DNA from: Atribacterota bacterium
Lineage (GTDB): Bacteria; Atribacterota; Phoenicimicrobiia; Phoenicimicrobiales; Phoenicimicrobiaceae
DNA length: 55,665 nucleotides
Assembly: GCA_035648055.1 (NCBI GenBank)
Contig: DASRMF010000084.1
Location: 1 to 55,665 of the forward strand
Reading direction: 5' to 3'
How positions within the stretch are numbered: position 1 is the stretch's first letter; every line of letters starts with the position of its first letter. Positions 9,026-18,754 of this stretch are shown in pieces. The notes below the pieces were generated by a model that was not told the DNA's origin, did not search any database, and was given only the letters and a program-made list of their open reading frames with translations. Both the position numbers and the translations under genes were made by a program.

Positions 9026-11167
9026 TCAGTCATATTTTTCATTGTTTTTATCAATATCATTGTTTACAATATCGTTTTCATCGCTATCCATTTTTCTTAG
9101 GTCAACTCTACCTTGATTATCAATTCCAATACATTTAACCAGTATACTATCATTGACCCTAACTACATCTTCAACTCTCCTTATTCGTTCATGTGACAAT
9201 TTTGAAATATGAACCAGGCCTTCCCTACCGGGGAAAATTTCAACAAAAGCTCCAAAATTAGTTGTCCTGGTCACCCTTCCTTCGTATGTTTCCCCAACCT
9301 TGGCTTCTCTTACTAAATCTTCAATCATCTTTTTTGCCTGCTTCAGAGCTTTTCCGTCTGGTGCAGCTATAAATACTTCTCCATCATCTTTAATATCAAC
9401 AGATGCACCCGTTACTTCTATAATTTTTTTAATATTTTTCCCACCGGGGCCAATTACCATGCCAATTTTAGAGGGATCAACACTTACAATCATTATTTTT
9501 GGCGCATATTCAGATAATTCTTCTTTAGGTTTAGACATTGTTTTATTCATTACATCCAGAATAAATAATCTCGCCTCTTTAGACCTCTGTAAAACATCTT
9601 GCATTGTATCTTTTGAGACACCCGCAATTTTCAGGTCCATCTGAATAGCGGTAATGCCCTGGTCGGTTCCGGTGGCTTTAAAGTCCATATCACCATAATG
9701 GTCTTCTAAACCTAAAATATCAGTTAATATTTCTACCTTTTCATCTTCTTTCACTAATCCCATGGCAACTCCGGCTACCGGCTTTTCAATAGGAACTCCG
9801 GCGTCAAATAAGGATAGACTCCCTCCGCAAACAGAAGCCATAGAAGAAGAGCCATTTGACTCTAAGATTTCAGAAACTATGCGAATAGTATAAGGAAATT
9901 TTTCTTCCGGGGGGATTACTGCTTTTAGAGCCATTTCTGCCAGCGAACCATGACCAATTTCTCTTCTTGATTGACCTCTTCTTGGTTTTACCTCGCCAAC
10001 ACTAAAAGGCGGAAAATTATAATGCAGATAAAATCTTTCCGAAGTGTCGTCTTCCAAAGTATCTATAAACTGCTTATCCTTTACTGTCCCAAGAGTAGTA
10101 ATAACTAAGGCCTGCGTTTCACCTCTGGTAAATAAAGCACTTCCATGAACTCGAGGAAGTACCCCGGTTTCGCAGCTAATAGGCCGTATTTCGTCTAATT
10201 TTCTTCCGTCTACTCTTATTTTTTCTTCCATTATTAAATTACGAATAGTCTCTTTGCAAACTTCATCATAGGCATTTTTCAAGAGGGATAAATTGTCTCC
10301 CTCAACAGATAATTTTTCAATAATCTGATTAGATATATTTTTTAATGTATTTTCTCTTTCCTTCTTTTCAGTTATGCACATTGATTTTTTAATTTCTTTT
10401 CCGTAGAGATTTTTAATTTCTTTGCGAAAATTATCTTCCAATTCTGCTGTTTCCGAATATTGTTTTTCTTCTTTTATGTTGGATTTCCCCAAAATATCGG
10501 CTAATTTTTCCTGGCCTTCTATGATGGTTTTGATTGCTTCCTGAGCAATACCAATTGCCTTTAGTACATTTTCTTCAGATACCTCTTTTGCTTCGCCTTC
10601 CATCATTATAATTGAATCTTTTGTACCAGCTATAATTAAGTCTAATTCTGAATTTTCTAATTCCTCAGGGCCGGGATTAACTATGAACTCGTTTTCTTTC
10701 AGACCAATCCTGACGGCTCCTATGGGACATTGAAAAGGAATATCCGATATCCATAAAGCTGCAGAAGCTCCTATTATAGCAAGTATATCCGGTGAATTTT
10801 TTTGATCATACGACAAAACGGTAGCAATGACCTGGACATCGTTTCTATATTCTTGGGGGAACAAAGGCCTCAAGGGACGATCTATAAGTCGAGAAGTTAA
10901 TATTGCATTCTTGCTTGGCCTTCCCTCTCTTTTGAAAAAACCACCTGGTATTTTACCTGCAGCATAAAATTTTTCCTCATAATCTACCATTAAAGGGAAA
11001 AAGTCTATCCCTTCACGTGGTTCTTTGGAACTGTTTGCTGTTACCAGCACAATAGTCCCCTCGCAGCTAACCACAATCGAGCCAGCTGACTGTTTAGCAA
11101 CTTTACCAGTTTCTATATTTATTACTTTACCATTTAAATTAATTTTAATTTCTTTAGTTCCTAACAT
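9026..11167 (-). CDS. pnp: Polyribonucleotide nucleotidyltransferase (PNPase)
   Basis: 713 aa. Two RNase PH-like domains, KH, and a C-terminal S1 domain (GETYEGRVTRTTNFGAFVEI). Follows rpsO as in most bacteria. Confidence 0.97.
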   Translation of the reverse strand: MLGTKEIKINLNGKVINIETGKVAKQSAGSIVVSCEGTIVLVTANSSKEPREGIDFFPLMVDYEEKFYAAGKIPGGFFKREGRPSKNAILTSRLIDRPLRPLFPQEYRNDVQVIATVLSYDQKNSPDILAIIGASAALWISDIPFQCPIGAVRIGLKENEFIVNPGPEELENSELDLIIAGTKDSIIMMEGEAKEVSEENVLKAIGIAQEAIKTIIEGQEKLADILGKSNIKEEKQYSETAELEDNFRKEIKNLYGKEIKKSMCITEKKERENTLKNISNQIIEKLSVEGDNLSLLKNAYDEVCKETIRNLIMEEKIRVDGRKLDEIRPISCETGVLPRVHGSALFTRGETQALVITTLGTVKDKQFIDTLEDDTSERFYLHYNFPPFSVGEVKPRRGQSRREIGHGSLAEMALKAVIPPEEKFPYTIRIVSEILESNGSSSMASVCGGSLSLFDAGVPIEKPVAGVAMGLVKEDEKVEILTDILGLEDHYGDMDFKATGTDQGITAIQMDLKIAGVSKDTMQDVLQRSKEARLFILDVMNKTMSKPKEELSEYAPKIMIVSVDPSKIGMVIGPGGKNIKKIIEVTGASVDIKDDGEVFIAAPDGKALKQAKKMIEDLVREAKVGETYEGRVTRTTNFGAFVEIFPGREGLVHISKLSHERIRRVEDVVRVNDSILVKCIGIDNQGRVDLRKMDSDENDIVNNDIDKNNEKYD

Positions 11168-11264
11168 TAAATATTTTTTTCCTCCTTATTATTTAAAAAC
11201 TAGTTTATTTTATGTAAATATTTTATCTTTATTATAATTGTGTATCTTGCATTTTGTATTTGAA

Positions 11265-11322
11265 ACTAACGACTATTTACTATTCACTAACGACTATTTA
11301 CTATTCACTAACGACTAATTTA
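11265..11322. repeat. 21-bp tandem repeat, 2.7 copies, abutting the rpsO stop codon
   Basis: actaacgactatttactattc at 11265-11285 and 11286-11306 (identical), with partial third copy actaacgactaattta at 11307-11322. Confidence 0.9.
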
Positions 11323-11592
11323 TTATTTTCGTAAATTTAGTGACTCAAGAATTGTCCGATATTTAGCAATATCATTATCTTTAAGATACTTTAATAGCCT
11401 TCTCCTTCTCCCTACCATCTTCAATAAACCTTGCTTAGAATGAAAATCCTTTTTGTTTATATTTAAATGTCCGGTAAGATCATTTATTCTTTCTGTTAAC
11501 AAAGCAATTTGAACTTCTGGTGAGCCAGTATCAGTAGTATGATGCTGGTATTTTGTTATTGTTTTTTCCTTATCTTCTTTAGCCAAAACCAT
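11323..11592 (-). CDS. rpsO: 30S ribosomal protein S15
   Basis: 89 aa. [29 protein letters not shown] is the canonical S15 C-terminal region. Confidence 0.97.
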   Translation of the reverse strand: MVLAKEDKEKTITKYQHHTTDTGSPEVQIALLTERINDLTGHLNINKKDFHSKQGLLKMVGRRRRLLKYLKDNDIAKYRTILESLNLRK

Positions 11593-11712
11593 GTTTTTCC
11601 CTCTCCTTTTATTTTTGATTATTATTTTTATTTCTATATGCTCATTATTTTATCATAAACCATTATACCCTTCAACCTTATTGAAGAAAGTATCGAGTAT
11701 ATAGTATCGATA

Positions 11713-12648
11713 CTAATTTCTTTTACTAATTATTTCATTGGCTGTTAAAATATCCTCCTCTATCTGTTTCTTTAGTAAACTTGGACGGTTAAAGCATTTT
11801 TCTTCTCTTATTTTTTGTAATATATTAACGACTAGTTTTTCAGTATATATTTTTCTATTGAAATTTATAATGTGAACTTCAATAGTGCGTTCTGTTTCTC
11901 TAAAAGTTGGCCTAACTCCTATATTCATCAAGCCATAATATTTTCTATTATCAATTTTAACTTCTACCAGATATACTCCGTTAACGGGAATTAGCTTATC
12001 CGGTGGTATCTCGATATTAGCTGTAGCGAAATTTAATAATTTTCTTCCTCTGCCTTTTCCGGAAATTACTTTTCCCGAAATCGTAATGTCATGTCCTAAT
12101 AATTTTCGTGCTTTTTCGATTTCTCCCGATTTGATACAATCTTTTATTCTAGTGCTGCTAATTATAGTATGATTTTTAGTAATTGGTTTCAATATGTTAG
12201 TTTTGAATTTATAGAACTTGCTATATTCTTTTAAAAGATCCGTATTCCCTTTTCCCCGAAAACCAAATTTATAATTAAAGCCCACAAAAAGCTCTTTTAC
12301 CTGCAAACTATCAACTAATATTTTGCTTACAAAATCTTTGGGCAGCATTTTACTCATAGTCTCATTAAATTTAATAACAAGAAGGATATCAACATCTGAT
12401 TCTTTAATTAAGCTTATTCGCTCCTCCAAAGTTGTTAACAAGAAAACATCGCTTTCCGGATTAATTATTTTATCGGGATGCGGGTCAAAAGTAACAACAA
12501 TACTTATTCCATCATTTTTTTTGGCCTTATCGACGGTTTGCTTAATCAATTTTTGATGTCCTAAATGTATGCCATCAAAGACACCTAAAGCAATATATCG
12601 TTTTTTGTTCGGCAATATGATATTTTTTGAATATCTTATAACTTCCAT
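11713..12648 (-). CDS. ribF: Bifunctional riboflavin kinase / FAD synthetase
   Basis: 311 aa. FAD synthetase motif GVFDGIHLGHQ and a C-terminal riboflavin kinase domain (GRGRKLLNFATAN). Conserved truB-ribF-rpsO order. Confidence 0.94.
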   Translation of the reverse strand: MEVIRYSKNIILPNKKRYIALGVFDGIHLGHQKLIKQTVDKAKKNDGISIVVTFDPHPDKIINPESDVFLLTTLEERISLIKESDVDILLVIKFNETMSKMLPKDFVSKILVDSLQVKELFVGFNYKFGFRGKGNTDLLKEYSKFYKFKTNILKPITKNHTIISSTRIKDCIKSGEIEKARKLLGHDITISGKVISGKGRGRKLLNFATANIEIPPDKLIPVNGVYLVEVKIDNRKYYGLMNIGVRPTFRETERTIEVHIINFNRKIYTEKLVVNILQKIREEKCFNRPSLLKKQIEEDILTANEIISKRN

Positions 12649-12677
12649 AGTTAATTATCTACATCAAATTAGCAAAA

Positions 12678-13607
12678 TTAATAATTACTAAAAACCTTAA
12701 CTGGCTTAAAGATAATATTTTCTCCATCCTCTTTAATCGAAGTACCGATAGACAGCAAATTACCTTTTACGTCAAATATTTTAACAAATTTGTCTTTTCC
12801 TGTCTTTAGCCCTTCCGGAATTTCAATAACCTGCTCGCGTGATATAACTCCGCCGTTCAAAACGGTTTTAGTTGCTTCACTTTTTACAGTTATTTTATTT
12901 AATCCTTCAAGAGCGGAATCAATGCTAATAAGATATTTCTTTCCTAAAGTTTTATCCTCTTTAAATTCCTCTAAATTCATTGAATTTTCAATGCTAAAAT
13001 TACCAACCTTTTTTCTTACTAAACTTGACAAATGCGCGCCACAACCTAATTCATTACCTATGTCATTACACAATGTTCTAATATATGTACCCTTTGAGCA
13101 AACAACTTCGAATTTAACTATCGGATTTACTCTTTGGTCAAAATTTATCAAGTTAAACTGATATATTTTTATTTCCCTAGGACTTCTTTTTACTTCTATC
13201 CCTTTCCTGGCAAGATGATACAATCTTTTTCCCTTGAAATGGGCTGCTGAAAACATCGGAGGTATCTGACTAATTGTACCTTCGTATTTTTGGAATATAG
13301 CTCTAATCATTTTTTCATCAATATCAGTACTTACTTCTTTTTTCCCAATTATTTTGCCTTCTGCATCCTGGGAATCCGTGGAAATTCCCAAAGTCATTTC
13401 GCCCTGATAGTGTTTTTTCGTACCTACTAAAAATTCAGCTATTTTTGTAGCTTGTCCTAAACATAACAATAAAACACCGGAAGCAGAGGGATCTAATGTC
13501 CCCGTATGTCCCACTTTAGAAATATTTAAGATATTTTTAACTTCTCTCACGACTTGATATGAACTGATTCCTTTTGGTTTAAATATGTTTAAAATACCGT
13601 TCATCAT
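12678..13607 (-). CDS. truB: tRNA pseudouridine(55) synthase
   Basis: 309 aa. Catalytic motif GHTGTLDPSASGVLL. PUA-like C-terminus. Confidence 0.95.
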   Translation of the reverse strand: MMNGILNIFKPKGISSYQVVREVKNILNISKVGHTGTLDPSASGVLLLCLGQATKIAEFLVGTKKHYQGEMTLGISTDSQDAEGKIIGKKEVSTDIDEKMIRAIFQKYEGTISQIPPMFSAAHFKGKRLYHLARKGIEVKRSPREIKIYQFNLINFDQRVNPIVKFEVVCSKGTYIRTLCNDIGNELGCGAHLSSLVRKKVGNFSIENSMNLEEFKEDKTLGKKYLISIDSALEGLNKITVKSEATKTVLNGGVISREQVIEIPEGLKTGKDKFVKIFDVKGNLLSIGTSIKEDGENIIFKPVKVFSNY

Positions 13608-14593
13608 TCTGCTTCACAAGACTTTATTTCTTTAAATAGTTGGGAAAGAATTTTGTCTTTAATTTTATACATCTTTCCCGAACATAAACAACCGGCAGCA
13701 TTCGGGTGACCGCCTCCATTAAATTTTCCGGCAAATTTATTTACGTCAAAATTACCTTTAGAGCGAAAACTAATCTTTATTTTATTATCTTTAGTTTCTT
13801 TGAATAATATTGATATTTCATTATTATCTAAAGTTGCAGCAACATCAACTATTCCTTCTATTTCCTCATCATTTGCTTTAGTATTATTTAACATTTTTCT
13901 AGTAATAGTTATCCATGAAACATAATTAGAATAATTCGCCTCTAAAGTTGAAAGAGCTTCTCCCAATAATTTTAATCCGGGATAGGTATTTCTATTGTAA
14001 ATCTTAGCGGCGATTAAATGCGGCTTAATTTCAAAAGAAGTTAAATCGGAAGCTATTTTAAATGTCCTTGAGCTTACGTTTGAATATCTAAAGGAGCCAG
14101 TATCAGTTAATATAGAGGTAAATAAGTAGGTAGAGATATCTTTATCTAATAAATCTACATTTATAAACCTAATCAGTTCATAGATAATTTCTCCGACTGA
14201 GGAAACAGAACTATCCACATAATTTAAATCTCCAAAGCTTTCATTGCTCGCATGATGGTCAATGTTTATTGTGGTTTTTATGTTTTTAAATATTTCGTAG
14301 GTCTTTCCCATTCTTTTGACATTACTACAATCAAGTGCTATCCCCACATCTATATTTTTTGTATCAATATAATCATCTTCTAAATATTGTACTTTATTAA
14401 CGCCGGGCAAAAAATCATATATTTTTGGCAATTTGCCCTGATTTAATATAATAGGTTTCTTCTTTAGTTTTTTTAATATGGAATAAAGAGCAAGTTCAGA
14501 GCCAATTGCATCTCCATCCAAATTTATATGGGAAGTAATTAAAAAATTATTGTTTTTCTGCAGTACATTGCTAATTTCATCAAAACTATTCAT
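13604..14593 (-). CDS. nrnA: DHH/DHHA1 phosphoesterase (NrnA-like nanoRNase/pAp phosphatase)
   Basis: 329 aa. Motifs DGDAIGS, NIDHHASN, GGGHPNAAG. 4-nt overlap with the truB start. Confidence 0.88.
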   Translation of the reverse strand: MNSFDEISNVLQKNNNFLITSHINLDGDAIGSELALYSILKKLKKKPIILNQGKLPKIYDFLPGVNKVQYLEDDYIDTKNIDVGIALDCSNVKRMGKTYEIFKNIKTTINIDHHASNESFGDLNYVDSSVSSVGEIIYELIRFINVDLLDKDISTYLFTSILTDTGSFRYSNVSSRTFKIASDLTSFEIKPHLIAAKIYNRNTYPGLKLLGEALSTLEANYSNYVSWITITRKMLNNTKANDEEIEGIVDVAATLDNNEISILFKETKDNKIKISFRSKGNFDVNKFAGKFNGGGHPNAAGCLCSGKMYKIKDKILSQLFKEIKSCEAE

Positions 14594-14966
14594 TATTTTT
14601 ATCTTTCTTTAAATCTAATTGTGGTTCATTAATTTCAGTAATTATTTTCAATAATTTGTATTGATGTTTCAAGTCCTGATCGATTACGAATTTTATATTC
14701 GGTACATATCTTATTTTTAAATCTTTTCCCAATTCACCTCTTATAAACTTTGTGGCATTTTTAAGTCCTTCTAAAGCTTTTCTTTGTTGTTTTTTATCAT
14801 TAAAGATGGTCACAAAAATATCAGCATACTTTAGGTCAGACGAAACTTTTACTCTGGTTAGGGTGACAAATTTTATTCTTGGATCGTTTATTTTTCGATA
14901 TATTATATTGTTAACTTCTCTTAAAAGAGATTTTTCTAAATGTTCGCTTCTTTTAGGCAGTGGCAT
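14586..14966 (-). CDS. rbfA: Ribosome-binding factor A
   Basis: The ORF track starts at TTG 14990. I prefer ATG 14966 (MPLPKRSEHLEKSLLREVNNII...), which matches usual RbfA N-termini. The upstream 8 codons are the conserved 21-nt intergenic motif. Confidence 0.88.
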   Translation of the reverse strand: MPLPKRSEHLEKSLLREVNNIIYRKINDPRIKFVTLTRVKVSSDLKYADIFVTIFNDKKQQRKALEGLKNATKFIRGELGKDLKIRYVPNIKFVIDQDLKHQYKLLKIITEINEPQLDLKKDKNNE

Positions 14967-14981
14967 ATTATTAATTCCCCA

Positions 14982-15002
14982 ATTCACCAATTTACCAATT
15001 AA
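14982..15002 (-). repeat. Copy 1 of the 21-nt motif TTAATTGGTAAATTGGT(G/C)AAT (sense strand)
   Basis: Plus strand attcaccaatttaccaattaa. 20/21 identical to the copies at 17056-17076 and 44614-44634. Lies 15 nt upstream of the rbfA ATG. Confidence 0.85.
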
Positions 15003-15038
15003 ACTAGTTCAATGTTTAACCAGTTTTCCAGGCTAGGT

Positions 15039-16976
15039 TTATTTTTCTTTAATTTCTCTAAAAGTATAAAATTCGAGTATGTCCTTTAACTTTATATCAT
15101 TAAAATTTTCTACGCCGATTCCGCATTCAAAATCAGTATTAACTTCTTTTACATCTTCTTTAAATCGTTTTAGCGAAGAAACTTTACTTTCATATATTAA
15201 TTTACCGTCTCTTATCACTCGTATATTATCTTTATTTGATAGCTTTCCGCTTAATACATAACTTCCTGCAATAGTGCCAATCTTAGGTATTTTAAATATT
15301 TCCCTAACTTCTGCTTGTCCGCAGACATATTCTTCGATTTTCGGTTTCAATAATCCTTTTAAAGCGGACCTAATTTCATCTACTAAATTATATATGATTT
15401 TATGTAATCTGATGTCTACCTTTTCGGACTTAGCTATTTTTTGGATATTTATACTAGGGCGAATATTAAAACCAATTATTATTGCCTTGGAAGCAGAGGC
15501 TAACATGACATCTGTTTCGTTAATATTTCCTACACCTGCGTGTATTATGTCAATTTTTACCTCTTCATTTTCAATTTTTATCTTCTTTATAGCTTCTTGC
15601 AAAGCATCTAATGAACCTTGCGTGTCTGTCTTTAAAATTATATTTAACTTATCTATTTTTCCTTCTTTTATCTCTAAAAATAAATTGTCCAAAGAGATTT
15701 CTACTTCTTCTACTACTTTACTTCTTCCCTCTTCCTCTCTTTCGTTAATTATAATTTTAGCGAGCTTATCATCAGGTACTATTTGGAAGTAATCACCTGC
15801 CTGGGGCATTTTACCAAAACCTATAATCTCAACCGGAGTTGAAGGTCCTGCTTTTCGAATGCTTTTCCCCTTGTCGTCAATAAGGCTTCTGATTTTACCA
15901 TAGTATAATCCTGCAATGAAATAATCGCCAACCTTCAGTGACCCATCTTGAATTAATACTGAAGCGATAATTCCTCTTTTCTTGTCTAATTTCGTTTCCA
16001 TTATTAAGCCTTTTGCCGGAATATCCGGATTTGCCTTCAAGTCTAATATCTCTGCTTGTAACAAAATAGCTTCCAATAATTTTTCAATACCTTTGTTTTG
16101 AAGGGCAGAAACTTCCACCATTAGAGTTTCTCCTCCCCATTCTTCGGAAACTAATTCATATTTGGTCAGCTCTTTTTTAACTTTTTCTACATTAGCATTA
16201 GCTTTGTCAATTTTATTTATTGCTACGATAATAGGAACATTCGCTGCTTTTGCATGGTTAATTGCTTCAACGGTTTGAGGCATTACTCCATCATCTGCTG
16301 CCACAACTAAAACTGCAACGTCTGTGGCTTTTACTCCTCGAGCCCTCATTGTGGTGAAAGCCTCATGTCCCGGAGTATCTATAAATACAATTATGTTATT
16401 AGCAATTTTGATTTGGTACGCTCCGATTCGCTGCGTAATCCCCCCCACTTCTCCTTTGGTGACATCTGTCTTTCGAATGGCATCAAGAAGAGTAGTTTTA
16501 CCATGGTCAACATGTCCTATTACAGTAACGACAGGAGGTTTTGCAATTAATTTTATAGCTTTATCCTTTTTTTGGAGGTTACTTTTACTTTTTAGTTTAT
16601 CAGATAATTCTACTTTATACCCGTATTCCTTAGCGATATTTTTTAAAATATTTACAGAAACTTCCTTGTCAATAGAACTTATTGTTCCAAATTGTATAAT
16701 TTTTTGTATTAACTCTGATAAAGATATTTTTAACTGTGAGGAAAGTTCCTTTAAATTCGGAAGCTTAGTGATTTTTAAAACTTTTAATTGTTTATTCTTT
16801 TCTTTTGCCTTTCCCCCTTTTTCAGCATCAATAATTTCTTTAATTAATTCTACAGTATCTTCATCTAAAGCACTCATATGATTTTTAACTTTAATTCCTT
16901 CTTTATTTAAAAATCCTAACAGCTCTTTGGCTGGCATTTTTAAATCTTCAGCTAATTCATACACTCTCATCTTCAT
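15039..16976 (-). CDS. infB: Translation initiation factor IF-2
   Basis: G-domain GHVDHGKTTLLD, DTPGHEAF, NKID. The ORF track starts at TTG 16994, but ATG 16976 (MKMRVYELAEDL) sits 9 nt after GGAGG. Confidence 0.96.
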   Translation of the reverse strand: MKMRVYELAEDLKMPAKELLGFLNKEGIKVKNHMSALDEDTVELIKEIIDAEKGGKAKEKNKQLKVLKITKLPNLKELSSQLKISLSELIQKIIQFGTISSIDKEVSVNILKNIAKEYGYKVELSDKLKSKSNLQKKDKAIKLIAKPPVVTVIGHVDHGKTTLLDAIRKTDVTKGEVGGITQRIGAYQIKIANNIIVFIDTPGHEAFTTMRARGVKATDVAVLVVAADDGVMPQTVEAINHAKAANVPIIVAINKIDKANANVEKVKKELTKYELVSEEWGGETLMVEVSALQNKGIEKLLEAILLQAEILDLKANPDIPAKGLIMETKLDKKRGIIASVLIQDGSLKVGDYFIAGLYYGKIRSLIDDKGKSIRKAGPSTPVEIIGFGKMPQAGDYFQIVPDDKLAKIIINEREEEGRSKVVEEVEISLDNLFLEIKEGKIDKLNIILKTDTQGSLDALQEAIKKIKIENEEVKIDIIHAGVGNINETDVMLASASKAIIIGFNIRPSINIQKIAKSEKVDIRLHKIIYNLVDEIRSALKGLLKPKIEEYVCGQAEVREIFKIPKIGTIAGSYVLSGKLSNKDNIRVIRDGKLIYESKVSSLKRFKEDVKEVNTDFECGIGVENFNDIKLKDILEFYTFREIKEK

Positions 16977-17022
16977 TGTATATCGCCTCCACAATAAGTT
17001 ATATAACTCTTTTTATAACATC

Positions 17023-17031
17023 ATTATATCA
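17023..17031 (-). promoter_or_regulatory. Putative extended -10 element (TGaTATAAT) upstream of infB
   Basis: The sense strand reads tttTGaTATAATgatg about 46 nt upstream of the infB ATG. No good -35. Confidence 0.3.
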
Positions 17032-17055
17032 AAAATTATTATCTTATATTGGTTA

Positions 17056-17076
17056 ATTGACCAATTTACCAATTAA
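17056..17076 (-). repeat. Copy 2 of the 21-nt motif TTAATTGGTAAATTGGTCAAT (sense strand)
   Basis: Plus strand attgaccaatttaccaattaa, identical to 44614-44634. Lies 79 nt upstream of the infB ATG. A degenerate extra copy (agttaattcaccgattaaattg) is at about 17134-17155. Confidence 0.85.
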
Positions 17077-17173
17077 TTCAGTCTACCGGCCTTCCTGTCC
17101 ACCAGTCTCCCAGTCAATTTAGTTAACCGGTTAGTTAATTCACCGATTAAATTGTTTTTATTTTCTTAACCAA

Positions 17174-17470
17174 TTAACTAATATCATCTGTGCTTGCATC
17201 TATATTTTTTAAAAAAGCCTTTCTTAAATCATCAAGCGTTTTTAACGTAATATCTTGCTTTAAGGATTTTTTTAAACTATTCTCCTTAAGAACAATATCC
17301 AAACATTTAACGTCACCGCAAATATAAGCTCCCCTTCCTGATTTTTTACCCGTCTCATCAATTTCAATTTGTCCATCAGGCGTTCTTATTATTCTAATCA
17401 TCTCTTTTTTTGGTTTTTTACATTTACAACCGATACAAGTTCTTACAGGTATCTTTAGATTTTTTATCAT
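17174..17470 (-). CDS. ylxR: YlxR/RnpM family (DUF448) RNA-binding protein
   Basis: 98 aa. RTCIGCK...GRGAYIC motif. Conserved position between nusA and infB. Confidence 0.9.
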   Translation of the reverse strand: MIKNLKIPVRTCIGCKCKKPKKEMIRIIRTPDGQIEIDETGKKSGRGAYICGDVKCLDIVLKENSLKKSLKQDITLKTLDDLRKAFLKNIDASTDDIS

Positions 17471-17473
17471 TTT

Positions 17474-18577
17474 TTATTTTTTCTCTAAATCATTTTTTTC
17501 AAGATCGTTTTTCGAATCCGGCTCTTTCTCATCCTTGTACTCTGATTCACTTTTTATATCTATTTTCCATCCGGTTAATTTTGCAGCAAGCCTGGCATTT
17601 TGTCCTGCTTTTCCAATTGCTAAAGAAAGTTGCTGATCTGGTACAATTACTGTAGCAGTCTTTTCTTTTTCAAAAAGACCTACTTCTAAAACTTTAGCCG
17701 GACTTAAGGAATTAGCGATTAATGTTTTTTCATCGTCACTCCATTTTACAACATCAATTTTTTCATCTTTTAATTCCTGCATAATTAATTTTATTCGTGA
17801 ACCCCTATCGCCTATGCATGCCCCTATCGGGTCTACCTTTTCGTCATTAGAACAAACTGCAACTTTTGAGCGCTTGCCTGCTTCGCGAGCAATATTCTTA
17901 ATCTCAACAAGCCCCTCATGAATCTCGGGGATTTCTAATTCAAACAAACGTTTTAATAATTCGGGATGGGATCTGGATGCAATTATCTTGGGACCCTTAG
18001 ATGTTCTTGTTACCTCAAGGATATAAATTTTAATTCTTCTCCCTTTGTAATATTCTTCATTTTTAATTTGTTCGTTAGATAAAAGAATGGCTTCCGTTCT
18101 TCCTAAATCTATAATTACGTTTCCATACTCTGCCCTCAACACGACTCCGGTAACAATATCTCTCACTTTATCGATATATTTTTCATAAATTACATTTCTT
18201 TCAGCTTCTCTAATTTTTTGGACTATTACCTGTTTTGCTGTTTGAGTAGCTATTCTTCCAAATTCTGTAGGGGTAGTTTCTATTAAAATTGTATCCCCAA
18301 TATTATATTTTTCCTTATCTTTTTTTGGTAATTCATCTATACTAATTTCTTTTAAATGGTTTGAAACTTTGTCTACAATTATTTTATCGGTAAAAACTTT
18401 AATCACTCCGCTGTCTTTAGAAATATCTATTTTTATATTTTCTACATTGCTTAAATAATTTTTTTTATATGCCGAAAGTATTGCAGATTCAATCGCACCT
18501 ATTAATATATCTTTAGGTATTCCTTTTTCTTTTTCCAATTCATCTAGTACTTTTGCTAAATCTACTTTCATGGACAA
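17474..18577 (-). CDS. nusA: Transcription termination/antitermination factor NusA
   Basis: 367 aa. N-terminal domain, S1 and two KH domains (GACIGDRGSRIK, AIGKAGQNARLAAKLTGWKIDI). TTG 18577 is 9 nt after GGAGGA; ATG 18571 is the alternative start. Confidence 0.95.
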   Translation of the reverse strand: MSMKVDLAKVLDELEKEKGIPKDILIGAIESAILSAYKKNYLSNVENIKIDISKDSGVIKVFTDKIIVDKVSNHLKEISIDELPKKDKEKYNIGDTILIETTPTEFGRIATQTAKQVIVQKIREAERNVIYEKYIDKVRDIVTGVVLRAEYGNVIIDLGRTEAILLSNEQIKNEEYYKGRRIKIYILEVTRTSKGPKIIASRSHPELLKRLFELEIPEIHEGLVEIKNIAREAGKRSKVAVCSNDEKVDPIGACIGDRGSRIKLIMQELKDEKIDVVKWSDDEKTLIANSLSPAKVLEVGLFEKEKTATVIVPDQQLSLAIGKAGQNARLAAKLTGWKIDIKSESEYKDEKEPDSKNDLEKNDLEKK

Positions 18578-18637
18578 TATATTATATCCTCCTTCCTATT
18601 AAAATGTATCAAGTGAAATAATTGCCTAATATATAAC

Positions 18638-18666
18638 AAAAGAGTGGTCTCGGATACCACTCTTTT
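18638..18666 (-). terminator. Rho-independent terminator downstream of mtaB
   Basis: 11-bp stem aaaagagtggt/accactctttt with a 7-nt loop. On the sense strand it is followed by UUUUGUUAUAU. Confidence 0.7.
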
Positions 18667-18754
18667 GAAGAGAACGAACTTTTTACTTAAGCACAATAAT
18701 TATAACATAAAACTATTATTTTGGCAATTTTTTCGTATCTATTTTTTCTTCTAA

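Noticed and set aside
11196-11225. tttatgtaaat as a possible dif/XerCD site, and an isolated TTATCCAC near 1488 as a DnaA box
   Set aside because: There is no match to the full 28-nt dif consensus. The single DnaA-box-like octamer lies inside a coding region with no cluster or AT-rich unwinding element.
11265-11322. Tandem and direct repeats (also 21421-21471 and 50166-50203) as a possible CRISPR array
   Set aside because: The units are contiguous or separated by a single short spacer. There is no repeat-spacer periodicity beyond two or three copies, and there are no cas genes anywhere in the window.
15274-16881. Long antisense ORFs inside infB (172 and 185 aa); similar ones lie inside comEC (32689-33324), dnaK, murJ and others
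   Set aside because: These are shadow ORFs typical of AT-rich coding regions. They have low-complexity Ser/Phe/Ile/Leu-rich translations and no RBS, and they are fully contained in well-supported genes on the other strand.
17079-17115. GC-rich patch GGTGGACAGGAAGGCCGGTAG (sense) as a possible SRP/4.5S RNA domain IV
   Set aside because: The resemblance to the conserved GGUCCGGAAGGAAGCAGC motif is only superficial, there is no flanking helix to close a hairpin, and the patch is too short.
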